Positions 13,841-27,738 of a DNA stretch of 64,000 nt are shown one piece after another; position 1 is the first letter of the stretch, and every line of letters starts with the position of its first letter. The translations under genes were made by a program, and so were the position numbers. The notes under the pieces were generated by a model. It was not told the origin of the DNA and did not search any database. It was given only the letters and a program-made list of their open reading frames with translations. Source of the DNA: Octopus sinensis (taxonomy: Eukaryota); contig NC_043013.1 in NCBI RefSeq assembly GCF_006345805.1, positions 8,246,001 to 8,310,000 of the forward strand, in the 5' to 3' direction.

Positions 13841-14190
13841 AAGCATGGCTGTATAGGTAAGAAACTCACTCTGCAACCATGTGCACCTACGTTCAGTCTG
13901 ACTATAGAGCACCTTGGGCAAGTGGCTTCTTGATACTGGATTTGGAAGAAGGAAACTGTGTGAAGCCCATCATATACATATATTAAGAGCAAAAATGCTA
14001 GTCAGAATTTTGAATAATTATTTGGTCGGGGCTTTCATTTCATTTCCAATATGGAATGAAAGTGCTAAATGAATAATTATCCAAAATTCTGACTACTTCC
14101 TTTTCCTTAGTATGTATAAAATATGTACACTGCTTCAAACAACACACACACTCACACACATGCACACACATACACATTTATATATATTTA

Positions 14191-14268
14191 CAGGGTGGCC
14201 CAAAATTCGCTCTACCATTTAATACATGTAAATATATTAAATATTTGTTTGAATTTTCGACCATCCTG
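14191..14268. mobile_element. Tiny Tc1/mariner-type MITE
   Basis: ta-cagggtggcccaaaattc ... gaattttcgaccatcctg, imperfect 18-bp TIRs. Confidence 0.55.
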
Positions 14269-14274
14269 CATGCA

Positions 14275-14317
<43 letters not shown>

Positions 14318-14863
14318 TCATCATCATCATCGTTTAACGTCCGTTTTCCATGCTAGCATGGGTTGGACGGTTTGACCGGGGTCTGGGAAGCCAGGAGGCT
14401 GTACCAGGCTCCAGTCTGATCTGGCAGTGTTTCTTACAACTGGATGCCCTTCCTAACGCCAACCACTCCTTGAGTGTAGTGGGTGCTTTTTACATGCCAC
14501 CGGCACATAAATGTATATATATGTACATGTACATCCACACATATGTATATGTATGTGTATTTATGTTTGATTTTGTTCTCCACCACTGCTTGTCGGCTGG
14601 TGTTGGTTTGTTTATGTCCCTGTAACTTGATACTTCAGCAAAAGTAATATTGTACCTCTGCCCATTCGTGTTCTTTTTTTAATACCTACATCACCCTTAG
14701 AACCTACTGTGAGTTGGATTTATGGTTTAAATTGTATTTGGTACCTAAATATCTACTGCATCCTACCAACACTTAATATCTTCATTGTTGTCTGACTTCA
14801 CTGTAAACCCTACGTTATTGTGCCGAGCCATTTTTCACATCCTGTTGAATCCTATAACTAGTC

Positions 14864-14898
<35 letters not shown>

Positions 14899-15196
14899 GC
14901 ATGCATGCACACACATGCACACACACATGCACATACACATGATAGGCATCTACAGTTTCCATTTATAGATATGTGTGTGTGAGCGATATTTCACCTTGGC
15001 TTGTATAAACATATATGTATGTATGTATCTATGCATGTATGTATGTATATATGTATATATGTTGTTTGTTTGTTCCTTCTCAAACCATGCCTGGCTCATA
15101 AGGGCCGGTTTCCCAGTTTCCTTGGCGTATAGGTTCCCCACCTGGACGGGATGCCAGTCTGTCGCAGTATATATGTACATATGTATGTATGTATGT

Positions 15197-15251
<55 letters not shown>

Positions 15252-15589
15252 TATGTGTGTATGTATGTAAACATAGCATTTCATGCTATGTATAACATAG
15301 TATTTTTAATGCTCTAAAAGAGTTTTGCAGTTTTAGAGATTGTTAAGCTTTTGAGATTTTAGTATGAATGAATTATGTAATTTTCCTCTATATCTAATGG
15401 TGTCTCAGCTTGGTCACATCCCTTGGGCTGATACCAAAAGAATGGAATATATATGTGTGTGTGTATACACTTACACATATACACTCACGTTAATGTGCGT
15501 GTTTCGTATATAATATCAGGCTGAGTAAAAAGTAAGCAATGTTCTGAAACATGAAATTCATCACAATATATTTCAACAATGCAGAAATT

Positions 15590-16500
15590 TTATTCATCAA
15601 AATAAGTACCGTTACAATCAACACATTTCTACCAATGAGTTACTAGTTGCAGGAGTGGCTATGTGGTAAGTAGCTTGCTTCCCAACCACATAGTTCCGGG
15701 TTCAGTCCCACTGCGTGGCACCTTGGGCAAGTGTCTTCTGCTATAGCCTTGGGCCGACCAAAGCTTTGTGAGTGGATTTGGTAGACGGAAACTGAAAGAA
15801 GCCCATCGTATATATGTGTTTGTGTTTGTCCCCCCAACATCGCTTGACAACTGATGGTGGTGTGTTTATGTCCCCATAACTTATTGATTCAGCAAAAGAG
15901 ACCGATAGTATAAGTACTAGGCTTACAAAGAATAAGTCCCGGGGTCGATTTGCTTGACTAAAGGCAGTGCTTCGGCATGGCCGCAGTCAAATGACTGAAA
16001 CAAGTAAAAGAGTAAAAGAGAGTAAAGAGTTGGTTTATTCTAGTAACATAAAAATCTGGAGATCTGGAGATGATGAACTCTTTGAATGCACTTTCAGTAT
16101 CGGTTTGATTTTTGAACTCCACCTCTCACAGGAAACCATCAAGGTGCTTGAAAAATTGGTAGTGGTTGCAGGCAGTTTTCTGGTTCACTTGAAGTTCTTT
16201 TTCCAGTTTTCGAGTGGTTTTATGTGGATCTTTCTCAATGACGGTCCCTAATTGACCGTCATCAATGACAGATGGGTGTCCATTATGCTCACGATCTTCA
16301 AGGCTCAGATCTCCACTGCGAAATCTTTTAAACCATTTTCGAGTTGACCACTCACTAGTCATTTCCACACCAAATGTTTCGTTGATATCATGAGTGGTTT
16401 CAGCTGCTTTACATCCTTTTCTGAAGCTGAATAGCAAAATTGCTTGAATATCATACTTTGACAGTTCCGTTTCAGATGACAATGATGAAAAGAATATCAA
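15590..16500 (-). pseudogene. Mariner transposase remnant lacking the DD34D catalytic core
   Basis: ORF 16126-16500 plus C-terminal codons read through two stops and across the SINE insertion. Confidence 0.88.
15650..16029 (+). mobile_element. SINE family A nested in the mariner
   Basis: Family A sequence; short duplication agttg; the mariner reading frame resumes on either side. Confidence 0.9.
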
Positions 16501-16641
16501 TGTTAATTTATTGATGTATTTGGGCCAGACAATTTCAAAATAAATATTTAAAAAAAATTTTTAACTCTGCAAAAATCTGATACAAATTCTTCATGGCTCA
16601 AAACATTGCTTACTTTGTACTCAACCTGATAATATATATAT

Positions 16642-17000
<359 letters not shown>

Positions 17001-17012
17001 ATATATATATAT

Positions 17013-17242
17013 ACTTTATTAAAAAGCATAAAAAATATCACAAAAGCTGTTACTCAGAATTTCACGTTTCCATTTATTGGACAGATTTCTAAACAAAACT
17101 GTCCGACGAACAGGAATGTGAAACTTTGAGTAACAGTTTTTGTTATATTTTTGCTGCTTTTTAATATAGCATATTACTCTACCTCTGCTATCCGAGTCCT
17201 ATTTTTACCCCCTTGTTTTGCATTTATGTGCTTACTCTGGTA

Positions 17243-17243
<1 letters not shown>
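17013..17243 (+). mobile_element. Fold-back element in (TA)n carrying a hammerhead motif
   Basis: Arms 17013-17084 vs 17099-17170, plus a 3' tail of about 70 nt; flanked by (TA)n. Confidence 0.7.
17095..17140 (+). ncRNA. Minimal type I hammerhead ribozyme motif (U4C core variant)
   Basis: AAAACUGU CCGACGA ACA-GGAA-UGU GAAAC UUUGA GUA ACAGUUUU. 8-bp stem I, 3-bp stem II with a GNRA loop, short stem III. A decayed inverted copy lies at 17042-17084. Confidence 0.7.
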
Positions 17244-17293
<50 letters not shown>

Positions 17294-17408
17294 CACACAC
17301 ACACACACATATCATCATCATCATCGTTTAACGTCCGTTTTCCATGCTAGCATAGGTTGGATGGTTCGACCAGGGTCTGGGAAGCCAGGAGGCTGCACCA
17401 GGCTCCAG

Positions 17409-17474
<66 letters not shown>

Positions 17475-17662
17475 CAAGTAATAAGAGAGAGACCACATGT
17501 GGTCACTCTAATGCTAGATATAGATCCGCAAAGGGAATCCTCCACCACTAAAGAATTGTTCTCAAGCATTAATTCAACACGCCAAGAATGTAAGCGGGCA
17601 GGACAAATGAAAAATAACGACAAAATAGATTAACTCTATACAATTGTTTCACCCTTATTGTG

Positions 17663-17709
<47 letters not shown>

Positions 17710-19337
17710 TCATCATCATCATCATCGTTTACCGTCCGTTCTCCATGCTAGCATGGGTTGGACGGTTGGGGATCTGGGAAGCCGGAAGGCTGCACCAGGC
17801 TCCAGTCTAATCTGGCAATGTTTCTACAGCTGGATGCCCTTCCTAACGCCACCTATATTAAGGTAGCAAACTGACAAATCATTAGTGTGCTGGAAACTGT
17901 CTCACATTTTGAGTTCATATGCTGCTAGGGTCAACTTTATCTTTCATACTTTTGAGGTCAATAAAATAAACACCAGTTGAACACTGGGGGTGATGTAATC
18001 AACTTACTCTCCCCTCCCAAAATTGCTGGACTTGTGCCAAAATTCAAAACCAATGCATACACACACACACACACACGCGCGTATATATATAGCTGTAAAA
18101 AAATAACTGAGAAAGCATTCAATCGCACCTATGTATGTAGAATTCAAAAGTTATTTTACCAAAATTTTTTTTGTAAATGCTGATAGCAATTTTCTTCTTT
18201 TGTTGTTGGCTGGTTTCATTTATCTGGAAAGCCACCTACTAGTGAAATTTCAAAGTCACTGTCTACCTATTTATTTTCATCAAAAAAACAAAAACATACA
18301 AACAAACATACATGCAAACAAACAAACATACATACATACATATATGAATATATATATATACACACACACACACATATTTATATGCACAGGTGCATACACT
18401 TATGTCACATACACACATGCACATACACACATGTCTTATAAAATGAAGTTTATAAACTATCCACTCCCTTTTCTCACTAATAATGATAATATTTGGCTAA
18501 ATATGCTTATATATTTGCCGATTAATTCATTGTTAAATCAAATCAGTTTTGGAGACTGTGCTTAATTCTAGGCGCGGCTTACACAGGTAAATCTCTTTAT
18601 CATCTCTGCCTAACAACCTCTTTCATTATATTAGTGATATAGTGCTATCTACTAACCAGTAAATGTAAATCCGTTGACATCTGCCTGTAACACTAACATA
18701 CTATTAGATCCATTTGATGTATTTGGGTTTTGTTGCAACACTGATAAAGTGTTGCCATTAATCCTCTGAATTCTAACTTTTGTCAGTTGTGCCACAGGTA
18801 AGAAAGATATATTTTCACTATTATTGTTCTTTGATATTGATTTAATATTATTAAGGCCTCTTCAGCCTTGTTTGGAATGTTTAAAGATACTGGACATCGT
18901 TTACCAACAGTTAACTCTCTCTCTCTCTCTCTCTCTCCTTACACAAACACATACATGCACACACATTTATGCATCTGCATACATTCCTGTAATATACACA
19001 TATATGCTCCTTAGTGCATATACACACTCTGTATTTTAAGAATACTCTTTGATGCTGCTACTCTCTGGAACTCATTACCAATGTCTTGTTTTCCTCTGGT
19101 CTGTGATATTTAGCCCTTTAACCATTTAGCATTTAAACCAGCTATTTCTAGCCAAAATATTCTACCTTTTTTATGTTCAGACTGGCCAGACTTGGCCTCC
19201 CACACATACTCTACAATGTCACTATAAAAATATACAACCACATCATCAAAATCTCAAAACTACAAGATGGTAAATGATTCACTCTAAACACTGTGAATAA
19301 ATAAGCATTGCATTTGACAGAGTAATATGAAAGCTAA

Positions 19338-19563
19338 GGCGGCGAGCTGGCAGAAACGTTAGCACGCCGGGCGAAATGCTTAGCAGTATTTCGTCTGCCA
19401 TTACGTTCTGAGGTTCAAATTCCACCGAGGTCGACTTTGCCTTTCATCCTTTCGGGGTTGATAAAAATAAAGTACCAGTTTCGCACTGGGGTCGATGTAA
19501 TCGACTTAATCCCTTTCTCTGTCCTGTCTATGTCTAGCCCCTTCTGGGCAGTAAAGAAAAAAA
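19338..19563 (+). mobile_element. SINE family B nested in a piggyBac-like MITE
   Basis: TSD aatatgaaagctaagg at 19324 and 19564. Confidence 0.9.
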
Positions 19564-20146
19564 AATATGAAAGCTAAGGGGTTAAGCCTTCTTCCAATAG
19601 ACATCTTTTGAATTTGTACCCCCTTTCTCTTTTCCTTCTTTGTTGTCCTTTATGCTACAGATGCCTCAGATCTTTTTTGGGACAAAATCTTAAATAAATA
19701 GTTAAATAAATAAATAATTCAAATTTACCAACCAGTCTTTCTCATATCAATATTCTACATCTATCAATGTCTCACAAATACTACCGTCTTTCCTATTCCC
19801 CCCATTTTGGTACATTATTTAATGTAACTCAGATATATGCTAAAATAATATCTGGGTTCATTCTGTGCAGATTCTTTGATCCTTTCCTTTTATTATCCTA
19901 GCTATAATCATTTAAAAGTATCTTTCAGAGTATTATTGTACCAAGTTTTGGTGCTTTATACATTATCTAAATATCACAAAACTTATATTATCTTGTGATG
20001 TTCCTGGAATTATATTTTATGATGTTCTCACATCATCCACTGACCTCATAGACGTATCTATGAGACATGAATTTCAGATTTCATTTTGTAATATCCTGCA
20101 TGTTAATTTCTGTGTATGTACATTCGTGTGTGTGTGTGCACGTATA

Positions 20147-20178
<32 letters not shown>

Positions 20179-20238
20179 CATACATGTATACATACCATAA
20201 TGTGCTGAAAAATAAACTCAAGAATTTTATTTTATTTG

Positions 20239-20294
<56 letters not shown>

Positions 20295-20756
20295 GGCAGA
20301 ATTGTTAGCAAGCTTTATGTTTTGAATTCAAATTCTGCTGTAGTTGACTTTATCTTTCATCCTTTTGGGGTTGATAAAATAAGTATCAGTTGAACACTGA
20401 GGTCAATGTAACCGACTAGCACCCTTCCCCACCACCCCAAATTTCAGGCCTTGTGCCTATAGAAGAATGGATTATTATCATCAATATCATTATTATTATT
20501 ATCCTCCTCCTCCTCCTCCTCCTCCTCATCATCATCATCATCATCATTATTATTATTATTAGGCAGTGAGCTGGCAGAATTGTTAGCACATTGGATGAAA
20601 TACTAAGTGGTATTTCATCGATCCTTACATTCTGAGTTCAAATCTCACTAGGGTTGACTTTGCTTTTCATCCTTTCTGGGGTTGATAAAATAAGTACCAG
20701 TCAAGTACTGGGGTCCTCCCCCTGAAATTTCAAGTCATGTGCCTCTAGCAGAATGG

Positions 20757-20815
<59 letters not shown>

Positions 20816-20930
20816 CATTATTATTATTATTATTATTATTATATCTTAAAAGGATTGATGTAACTCAAGTTTACAACTGGCAAAAAGAAAAAGAGAGAAA
20901 AAGGAGGAAAAAAAGAAGAAGAATATTTAA

Positions 20931-21420
20931 TCAAACACTTTTTCTATAAATTTGAGGATATTCTCCTGTCATTTTATTCATTCCTTCAGGGTGTGATGTT
21001 AATAACTCACAAACATATTTTTTCTCATGCATTTTGAGTACTGAAAGTGTGGCAGATTCAGAATATTTTCTGAGAATATACACTTTCTAGTCTTTTTCAA
21101 AACAGCTGCTGTTTGATGTAAAATGTTCAGCAAGTTCTTTCGAACTACTGTTATTGTGTCTGATGTCATAACTGTGTCTTTTGAATCTTTTGTTTAATTG
21201 TTCTGTCATACTACCAACATAAATCAACTTGTGTTTCATGCATTCTGCTGCATACACCAAATGGGAATCTCTACACATCCCACCTTCCGTGTAAATCGTA
21301 ATATTTCTGTTATAGTTTCTGATGGAATTCATTTGACTCAAGTTGTTGCATAATAAACAAGGCTTACCTCTCTTGCGACTGTTCTTCAAGGTATAGTGTG
21401 CAGAAACTCCAGTGTTAGTT
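20931..21420 (-). mobile_element. Penelope-like element fragment (C-terminal GIY-YIG endonuclease)
   Basis: ORF 21087-21389: PCLLC...CRDSHLVYAAEC...IYVGSMTEQLNKRFKRH...LAEHF. It continues past one stop as KVYILRKY...HEKKYVCELLTSHPEGMN...RKSV*, the typical PLE endonuclease C-terminus. Confidence 0.85.
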
Positions 21421-22550
21421 TTCTTGGATTCAGAAATAGAGGTTAATGGTTCTCTTATACTCTTTCACTCTTTTACTTGTTTCAGTCATTTGTCTGTGTG
21501 TTTGTGTGTTTGTGTTTGTGTCCCCCAACATCGCTTGACAACCGATGCTGGTGTGTTTACGTCCCTGTCACTTAGCAGTTCCGCAAAAGAGACCGACAGA
21601 ATAAGTACTAGGCGTGCAAAAAAATAAGTCCTGAGGTCGATTTGCTCGACTAAAGGCGGTGCTCCAGCATGGCCACAGTCAAATGACTGAAACAAGTAAA
21701 AGAGTAAAAGAGTACAATACACTCACTTCACAGAAGACACAAAGGTGCCAGGCAGTGGATCTAAATCTGGAACTATGTGTTCAGAAAGCCAACTTCTTAA
21801 CACACAGCCATGCCTGTACTTAACCACAATATCTGGTTACCTTATATCTGTGTACATGTTCTCCGGAGCTCTTTTCCACTACATCAATGTCCTTAAAGAT
21901 ATAATCTATTTCATAACCATTAAAGATATACTATCCGTTAACTATATCACAGTCTCAAGTCTACTATGTCAATATTTAATCAGTGTCTCATAGAGAACTC
22001 ATCTGTGTCCTTTGTTCTTCAAAATTTTACTGTCAATTACCCTTTCACATTCCTGCAGACTTCTTACCAAATACGTTATTGTCTTGAAAAAAACATAGAA
22101 ATCCCAAACTAGAATATGCTCATAGGCTCATACATTTTCCAAGTAAATGCATGACCATATGTGTTTGTCGGTGTGTATATAATGTTTGTGTGTGTATGTG
22201 TCTATATGTACACAAACACACACACACACATATGTATTTACATATTATTATTGTTTTAACATCTACTTTTCCATGATTGCAAGGGTCAGATAAAATTCAA
22301 TTTCCTATGGTTGGATGCTCTTCCTGTTGCTAACCTGCATCTATTCTCAAACAAAGTAAAATTCCCTCTGTTCCTTCAAACACGAACAGCAAACATGGCT
22401 GAACATATTTTCACAGGAGATTACAAATCAGTGACATCACTTGTACTCGTGGTGCAGTTTGTTCCTAATTTACACACAGTGTCCAAACAGGACATAAATA
22501 CACATGCATGCACAGGCATACACACACACACACACATACATACATACATA

Positions 22551-22963
22551 CAGGGGTGGCTGTGTGGTAAGTAGCTTGCTAACCAACCACATGGTTCCGG
22601 GTTCAGTCCCACTGCGTGGCATCTTGGGCAAGTGTCTTCTGCTATAGCCCCGGGCTGACCAATGCCTTGTGAGTGGATTTGGTAGACGGAAACTGAAAGA
22701 AGCCTGTCGTATATATGTATATATATATAAGTGTGTGTGTATATGTTTGTGTGTCTGTGTTTGTCCCCCTAGCATTGCTTGACAACTGATGCTGGTGTGT
22801 TTACGTCCCCATCACTTAGCGGTTCGGCAAAAGAGACCGATAGAATAAGTACTGGGCTTACAAAAGAATAAGTCCCGGGGTCGAGTTGCTCGACTAAAGG
22901 CAGTGCTCCAGCATGGCCACAGTCAAATGACTGAAACAAGTAAAAGAGTAAAAGAGTAAAGAG
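22551..22963 (+). mobile_element. SINE family A, full length
   Basis: High identity to 4003-4407. Confidence 0.9.
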
Positions 22964-23132
22964 TATATACATGCATACTCACAGAAAGACAGATTTATAC
23001 ATATGTATGTACATATATATATATATATATATAGTTAATCCAAACATGAACAAAGAGAAAACACAACAAAGTGAGGACGTGGAACAAGTTTAGTGTTATT
23101 GGACGCTAAGGAAAGGAAAGAAAGAAGGAGAA

Positions 23133-23166
23133 GTTAACGTTTCGAGGGGAGCTCTTCGTCAGAAAC
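23133..23166 (-). ncRNA. Minimal hammerhead ribozyme motif
   Basis: Minus strand GUUU CUGACGA A GAG-CUCCC-CUC GAAAC GUU AAC, within element 23034-23222. A homologous 5'-truncated copy lies at 60571-60683 (+), starting tgaagagctccgctcgaaatgtcaaac. Confidence 0.65.
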
Positions 23167-23676
23167 ATAGGAAAAGGAAAGGTCCAAGGAAGGGAAGACG
23201 GAGAAAGAAAATCGCCAACGATATACACACAGTCACATACATACATACACACAGTCACATACATACACACATACACATATATATTTAAATATATATGGGT
23301 AAAGACCCCTTTCAGTCATGAATGACCATTGGATTGCACCTAGAAAGTTCCTCTCACAAGTCTAGGAAAAGTTGTCCCTGGAAGGGCAGCAGTCACCCAT
23401 GCATGCCAGGCTCCCCTCTCCATCCCACCGATGTTATCCAAGGAAAAAGCAATGGCAGATACAGCTTGGCACCAGTGACATCGCAATTCCTTTCTACAGC
23501 CGAGTGAACTGGAGCAATGTGAAATAAATGCCTTGCTCCAGAGCACAGCACACAGCCTGGTCTAGGAATTGAACTCACTACCTCATGATTGTGAGCCTAA
23601 CACTCTAACCACTGAGCCATGTGCCTCCATTAATGTGTATGTGTGTGTGTGTGAATATATATACATACATATATAT

Positions 23677-23736
<60 letters not shown>

Positions 23737-23829
23737 CATATATATATATATAATATATATATATATATTATATATATACATATATATATATACATATATA
23801 TATACATATATATATATACATACGTATAT

Positions 23830-23862
<33 letters not shown>

Positions 23863-24214
23863 GGAGAGAGAGAGATATGGGTGGCAATGCAAACAGGGAA
23901 ACATGAGACTATTCATATTTTTTGATTGACATTTAGCAGAAACAACAGAGTGACTCAAGGGTCAAGACATTTGTGCATTAACGGTCATATATATGTGACA
24001 GGTTTATTCCAGTTTCAGCCTATCAAATTTACTCACATCATGTGACACAGTGAAACTGAATCCAAAGCCACAGAATGGCAAAACAAAGTTGTTAACCATA
24101 CAGCCATACTTATGCAAATGAAACACTACAGATCTTACTTAGCCTGATAAACTTAAATTAAAATGATGCTGAAGATTCAATCTATTGGGCTAATGGTTCT
24201 GCCAGCTCACCGCC

Positions 24215-24248
<34 letters not shown>

Positions 24249-24259
24249 TTATGATAATG

Positions 24260-24292
<33 letters not shown>

Positions 24293-24344
24293 TCCAGTGT
24301 GCTAAGAATTCTCCTAGCTCACAGCTCACAATAACAAATAATAG

Positions 24345-24690
24345 CAAATCGACCCCTGGACTTATTCTTTGTAAGCCTAGTACTTATTCTATCAGTCACT
24401 TCTGCCAAACCACTAAGTTACGGGGACGTAAACACACCGGCATCTGTTGTCAAGCGATGTTGGGGGGACAAACACAGATACACAAACATATACACACACA
24501 CACATACATACATATACATGCATATATACAACAGGCTTCTTTCAGTTTCTGTCTACCAAATTCACTCACAAGGCTTTGGTAGACCCGAGGCTATAGTAGA
24601 AGACACTTGCCCAAGGTGCCACGCAGTGGTACTGGACCCAGAACCATGTAGTTGGTAAGCAAGCTACTTACCACACAGCCACTCCTGCAC
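24345..24690 (-). mobile_element. SINE family A (3'-truncated)
   Basis: Reverse complement of family A. Confidence 0.85.
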
Positions 24691-25102
24691 CATACTTGTT
24701 AAAAGGAAACTAAAAGAAACCTGTCTTATATCTATATATTTGTGTTTGTGTTTGTCCCCCACTGCTGCTTGGCAACTGGAGTTGGTTTGTTTATGTCCCT
24801 GTAAAATAACAGTTTGACATAAGACACTGATAAAGTACAACACTTAAAGAAAATAAAGTACTGGTGTTGATTCATTCACCGAAAACATGTCAAGGTAGTG
24901 AATTGGCATGGCTGCAGTCCAGTGACTGAAACAAGCAAAAGTTTAAAAAGTAGAACATTTATATGGTGATTGAGAACTTTACCACAGAGTAGGGACATAA
25001 ATAAAAACTCTAAGGAACATTTGTACTGCAAATGAGAAAACTCTTGTAAAAAGACAAGATTCTTCTGTGACAGAAGAGTAATGTGGGGATTTTGCCTTTT
25101 AA

Positions 25103-25322
25103 CCCTTTCATTACCAACCCGGCCAAAACCGCCTCAAGCTCTGAGTACAAATATCTTGTTTTCTTAAGTTTTGAATTAAAATTTTCCACCAAAACTTAGT
25201 CACAATTTATGTTCCTAACACTAGCTTAATAGTAACTAAGTTATGTTACTAAATTATTTGTTATATTTAAAATAATTGAAAGAAACACAGACCATCTCAA
25301 AATAAATATGGTAATGAAAGGG
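25103..25322. mobile_element. piggyBac-like MITE (TTAA TSD)
   Basis: Perfect 14-bp TIR ccctttcattacca / tggtaatgaaaggg with TTAA on both sides; partial copy at 56833-56890. Confidence 0.88.
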
Positions 25323-25326
25323 TTAA

Positions 25327-25548
25327 ACCCTTGAACATTCAGATAACTCTGTCAAACATAATGTTTATTTATTCACATTGTTTTGAATTGATCAAGCATT
25401 ATCTTATAGCATCAGGATTTTAGTGATGTGATTAGCTATTCTTAAGACGATATTGTAGGGTAAATATGAGAGGCAAGAACCAGCTGGTTTGAACATAGAG
25501 CTGGTAGAATATTTGCACTGGATATGGTCGTTTTAAAAGTTCAAAGGC
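25327..25548. mobile_element. Second piggyBac-like MITE family (about 220 bp)
   Basis: TTAA flanks and imperfect TIRs; homologous copies at 12145-12364, 19122-19581 (SINE-interrupted) and 56567-56786. Confidence 0.8.
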
Positions 25549-25791
25549 TTAAAGAATGGAGATATATTGTTGCTCTTTAGTAATGATGAATCTCAGAAAT
25601 GTAATTACTGAAATTTTCACGAGAATGTTTCTAATTACTTTAACTGTACATTAAACTTTACTGTACTTCCCCAAATTTACATCTTACGGCAATTTTTGTC
25701 AGAGTTGTTTTTGTCATTTGTGCTTTTCTGATGAATAACTTAAATATGAATAACATACATAAGAATAACATACAAATATGAATAACATGCA

Positions 25792-25945
25792 TAGGCGCAG
25801 GAGTGGCTGTGTGGTAAGTAGCTTGCTAACCAACCACATGGTTCTGGGTTCAATCCCACTGCGTGGCATCTTGGGCAAGTGTCTTCTGCTATAGTCCCGG
25901 GCCTTGTGAGTGGATTTGGTAGACGGAAACTGAAAGAAGCCTGTC

Positions 25946-25999
<54 letters not shown>

Positions 26000-26195
26000 C
26001 TGTGTTTGTCCCCCTAGCATTGCATGACAACCGATGCTGGTTTGTATTTACGTCCCCGTCACTTAGCGGTTCGGCAAAAGAGACCGATAGAATAAGTACT
26101 GGGCTTACAAAGAATAAGTCCCGGGGTCGATTTGCTCGACTAAAGGCGGTGTTCCAGCATGGCCGCAGTCAAATGACTGAAACAAGTAAAAGAGT
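25792..26195 (+). mobile_element. SINE family A, full length
   Basis: Family A; flanks share atacataagaataacata. Confidence 0.9.
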
Positions 26196-26654
26196 ATACA
26201 TAAGAATAACATAAATATCTATAGGATATTTGACTTGGAGGCTCTTTACCATTATATATGCTATCATTATCGTGATCATTACTAACTTTATTGTCATTAT
26301 CAACATTTCATATGTAATTATAATTATTAAGCTGTCACACTCCTTGAGATCAGAAAGGAAAAACTAATTTGAATTCAATGAAAGCATTAAATAATTTTGT
26401 CAGTTCCATATTAAAAATAATATAATAGCCTCATTTATCATTTATTTGTCTTTATCTAATTTTAAATATTCCCACAATCACACACACACACATACATATA
26501 TATATATATGTAACGCACTCACACGCATACACATATATATGTAACACACACACGCGTGTGTCTGTGTGTGTCTGTGAATTAATTTTTTTTTTCTGGTGAA
26601 AAATAAGAGTTAGTTGATTTCTATTTCCTGAAGAGAATGTTAGAGCTATGATAT

Positions 26655-26767
<113 letters not shown>

Positions 26768-27702
26768 TTCTTTATCAGGCTCTCTATCTTGGTGAAACAG
26801 CCTTATTTATTGAAACATCGTCTCAGATGATCTAGACTGGAATTGTTTTTCTATTTCATTGATTTTTTTTTTTATTGATTTATTAAAATATAGATATAAA
26901 ACATAAATCTTTAATTTAGGATGGGATACAAGTTTTATTTTTGGACAACTTCTTAAAAAAAAAAAAACAATTTTCCCCCACAAGGAAACACTTTTTTTGA
27001 AGTAGATTTCATCAATCTCTCTAGGTAATATTTATTGAGGGATTATGGCTGCCATCATCATCATCATCATCATTTCATACATACACAACACATTAGATTG
27101 TTGGGAAAAAAAAAGTTCCTAACTTTGGGATACAACAAGTAACCTTAGACACCAAAAACTCATTTGGGATACTTAGAAACGTTCTTGGCATCTAAGGTTG
27201 CTTGTTGTACCAAAACAGACAAAATGCTTAGAAGTATTTCTTCTGACTTCAGATTCCACCGAGGTTGACTTTGCCTTTCATCCTATTGGGTTCAATAAAT
27301 TATGTACCAGTCATGCACTGGGATTGATGCAATTGACTTAACCTGTCTCTCAAAATTTCAGGCTTTGTGCCCATAATAGAAAGCATCATCATCCTCCTCC
27401 TCCTCATCATCATCATCATTATCATCATCATCATTATTGTTATTATTATTATTATTATTATTGAGGTGGTGAGATGGCAGAATCGTTAGCATACTGAGCA
27501 AAATGTTTAGCAACATTTCATCCATCTTCATGGTCTTGGTTCAAATTCTGCCGAGGTCAGTTTTGTCTTTCAGTCTTTCAGGTCAATGAAATAAGTACCA
27601 GTTGAACACTGGGGTCAATATAATTGACTAACCCCCACAAAAAAAAAAAAAATTCAGGCCTTGTGCCTTTAGTAGAAAAGATCATCATCATCATCATCAT
27701 CA

Positions 27703-27738
<36 letters not shown>

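Larger units (their letters stand above)
15516..16629 (-). mobile_element. Mariner (Hsmar1/SETMAR-like) DNA transposon, internally deleted, interrupted by a SINE
   Basis: TIRs tcaggctgagtaaaaagtaagcaatgtt and aacattgcttactttgtactcaacctga, flanked by TA on both sides. The minus strand encodes the HTH N-terminus (ILLFSFRKGCKAAETTHDINETFG...KWFKRFRSGDLSLED) joined to the C-terminal YQFFKHLDGFL*EVEFKNQTDTESAFKEFI...INQ and VTHW*KCVDCNGTYFDE*. Confidence 0.93.

Noticed and set aside
18572-18586. Possible + strand microexon (ag|gcgcggcttacacag|gtaaat) and donor at 18798
   Set aside because: Weak polypyrimidine tract; cannot be supported without transcript data.
25727-25745. Isolated CTGATGA matches (also 28094)
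   Set aside because: No stem II or downstream GAAA/NUH, so not hammerheads.
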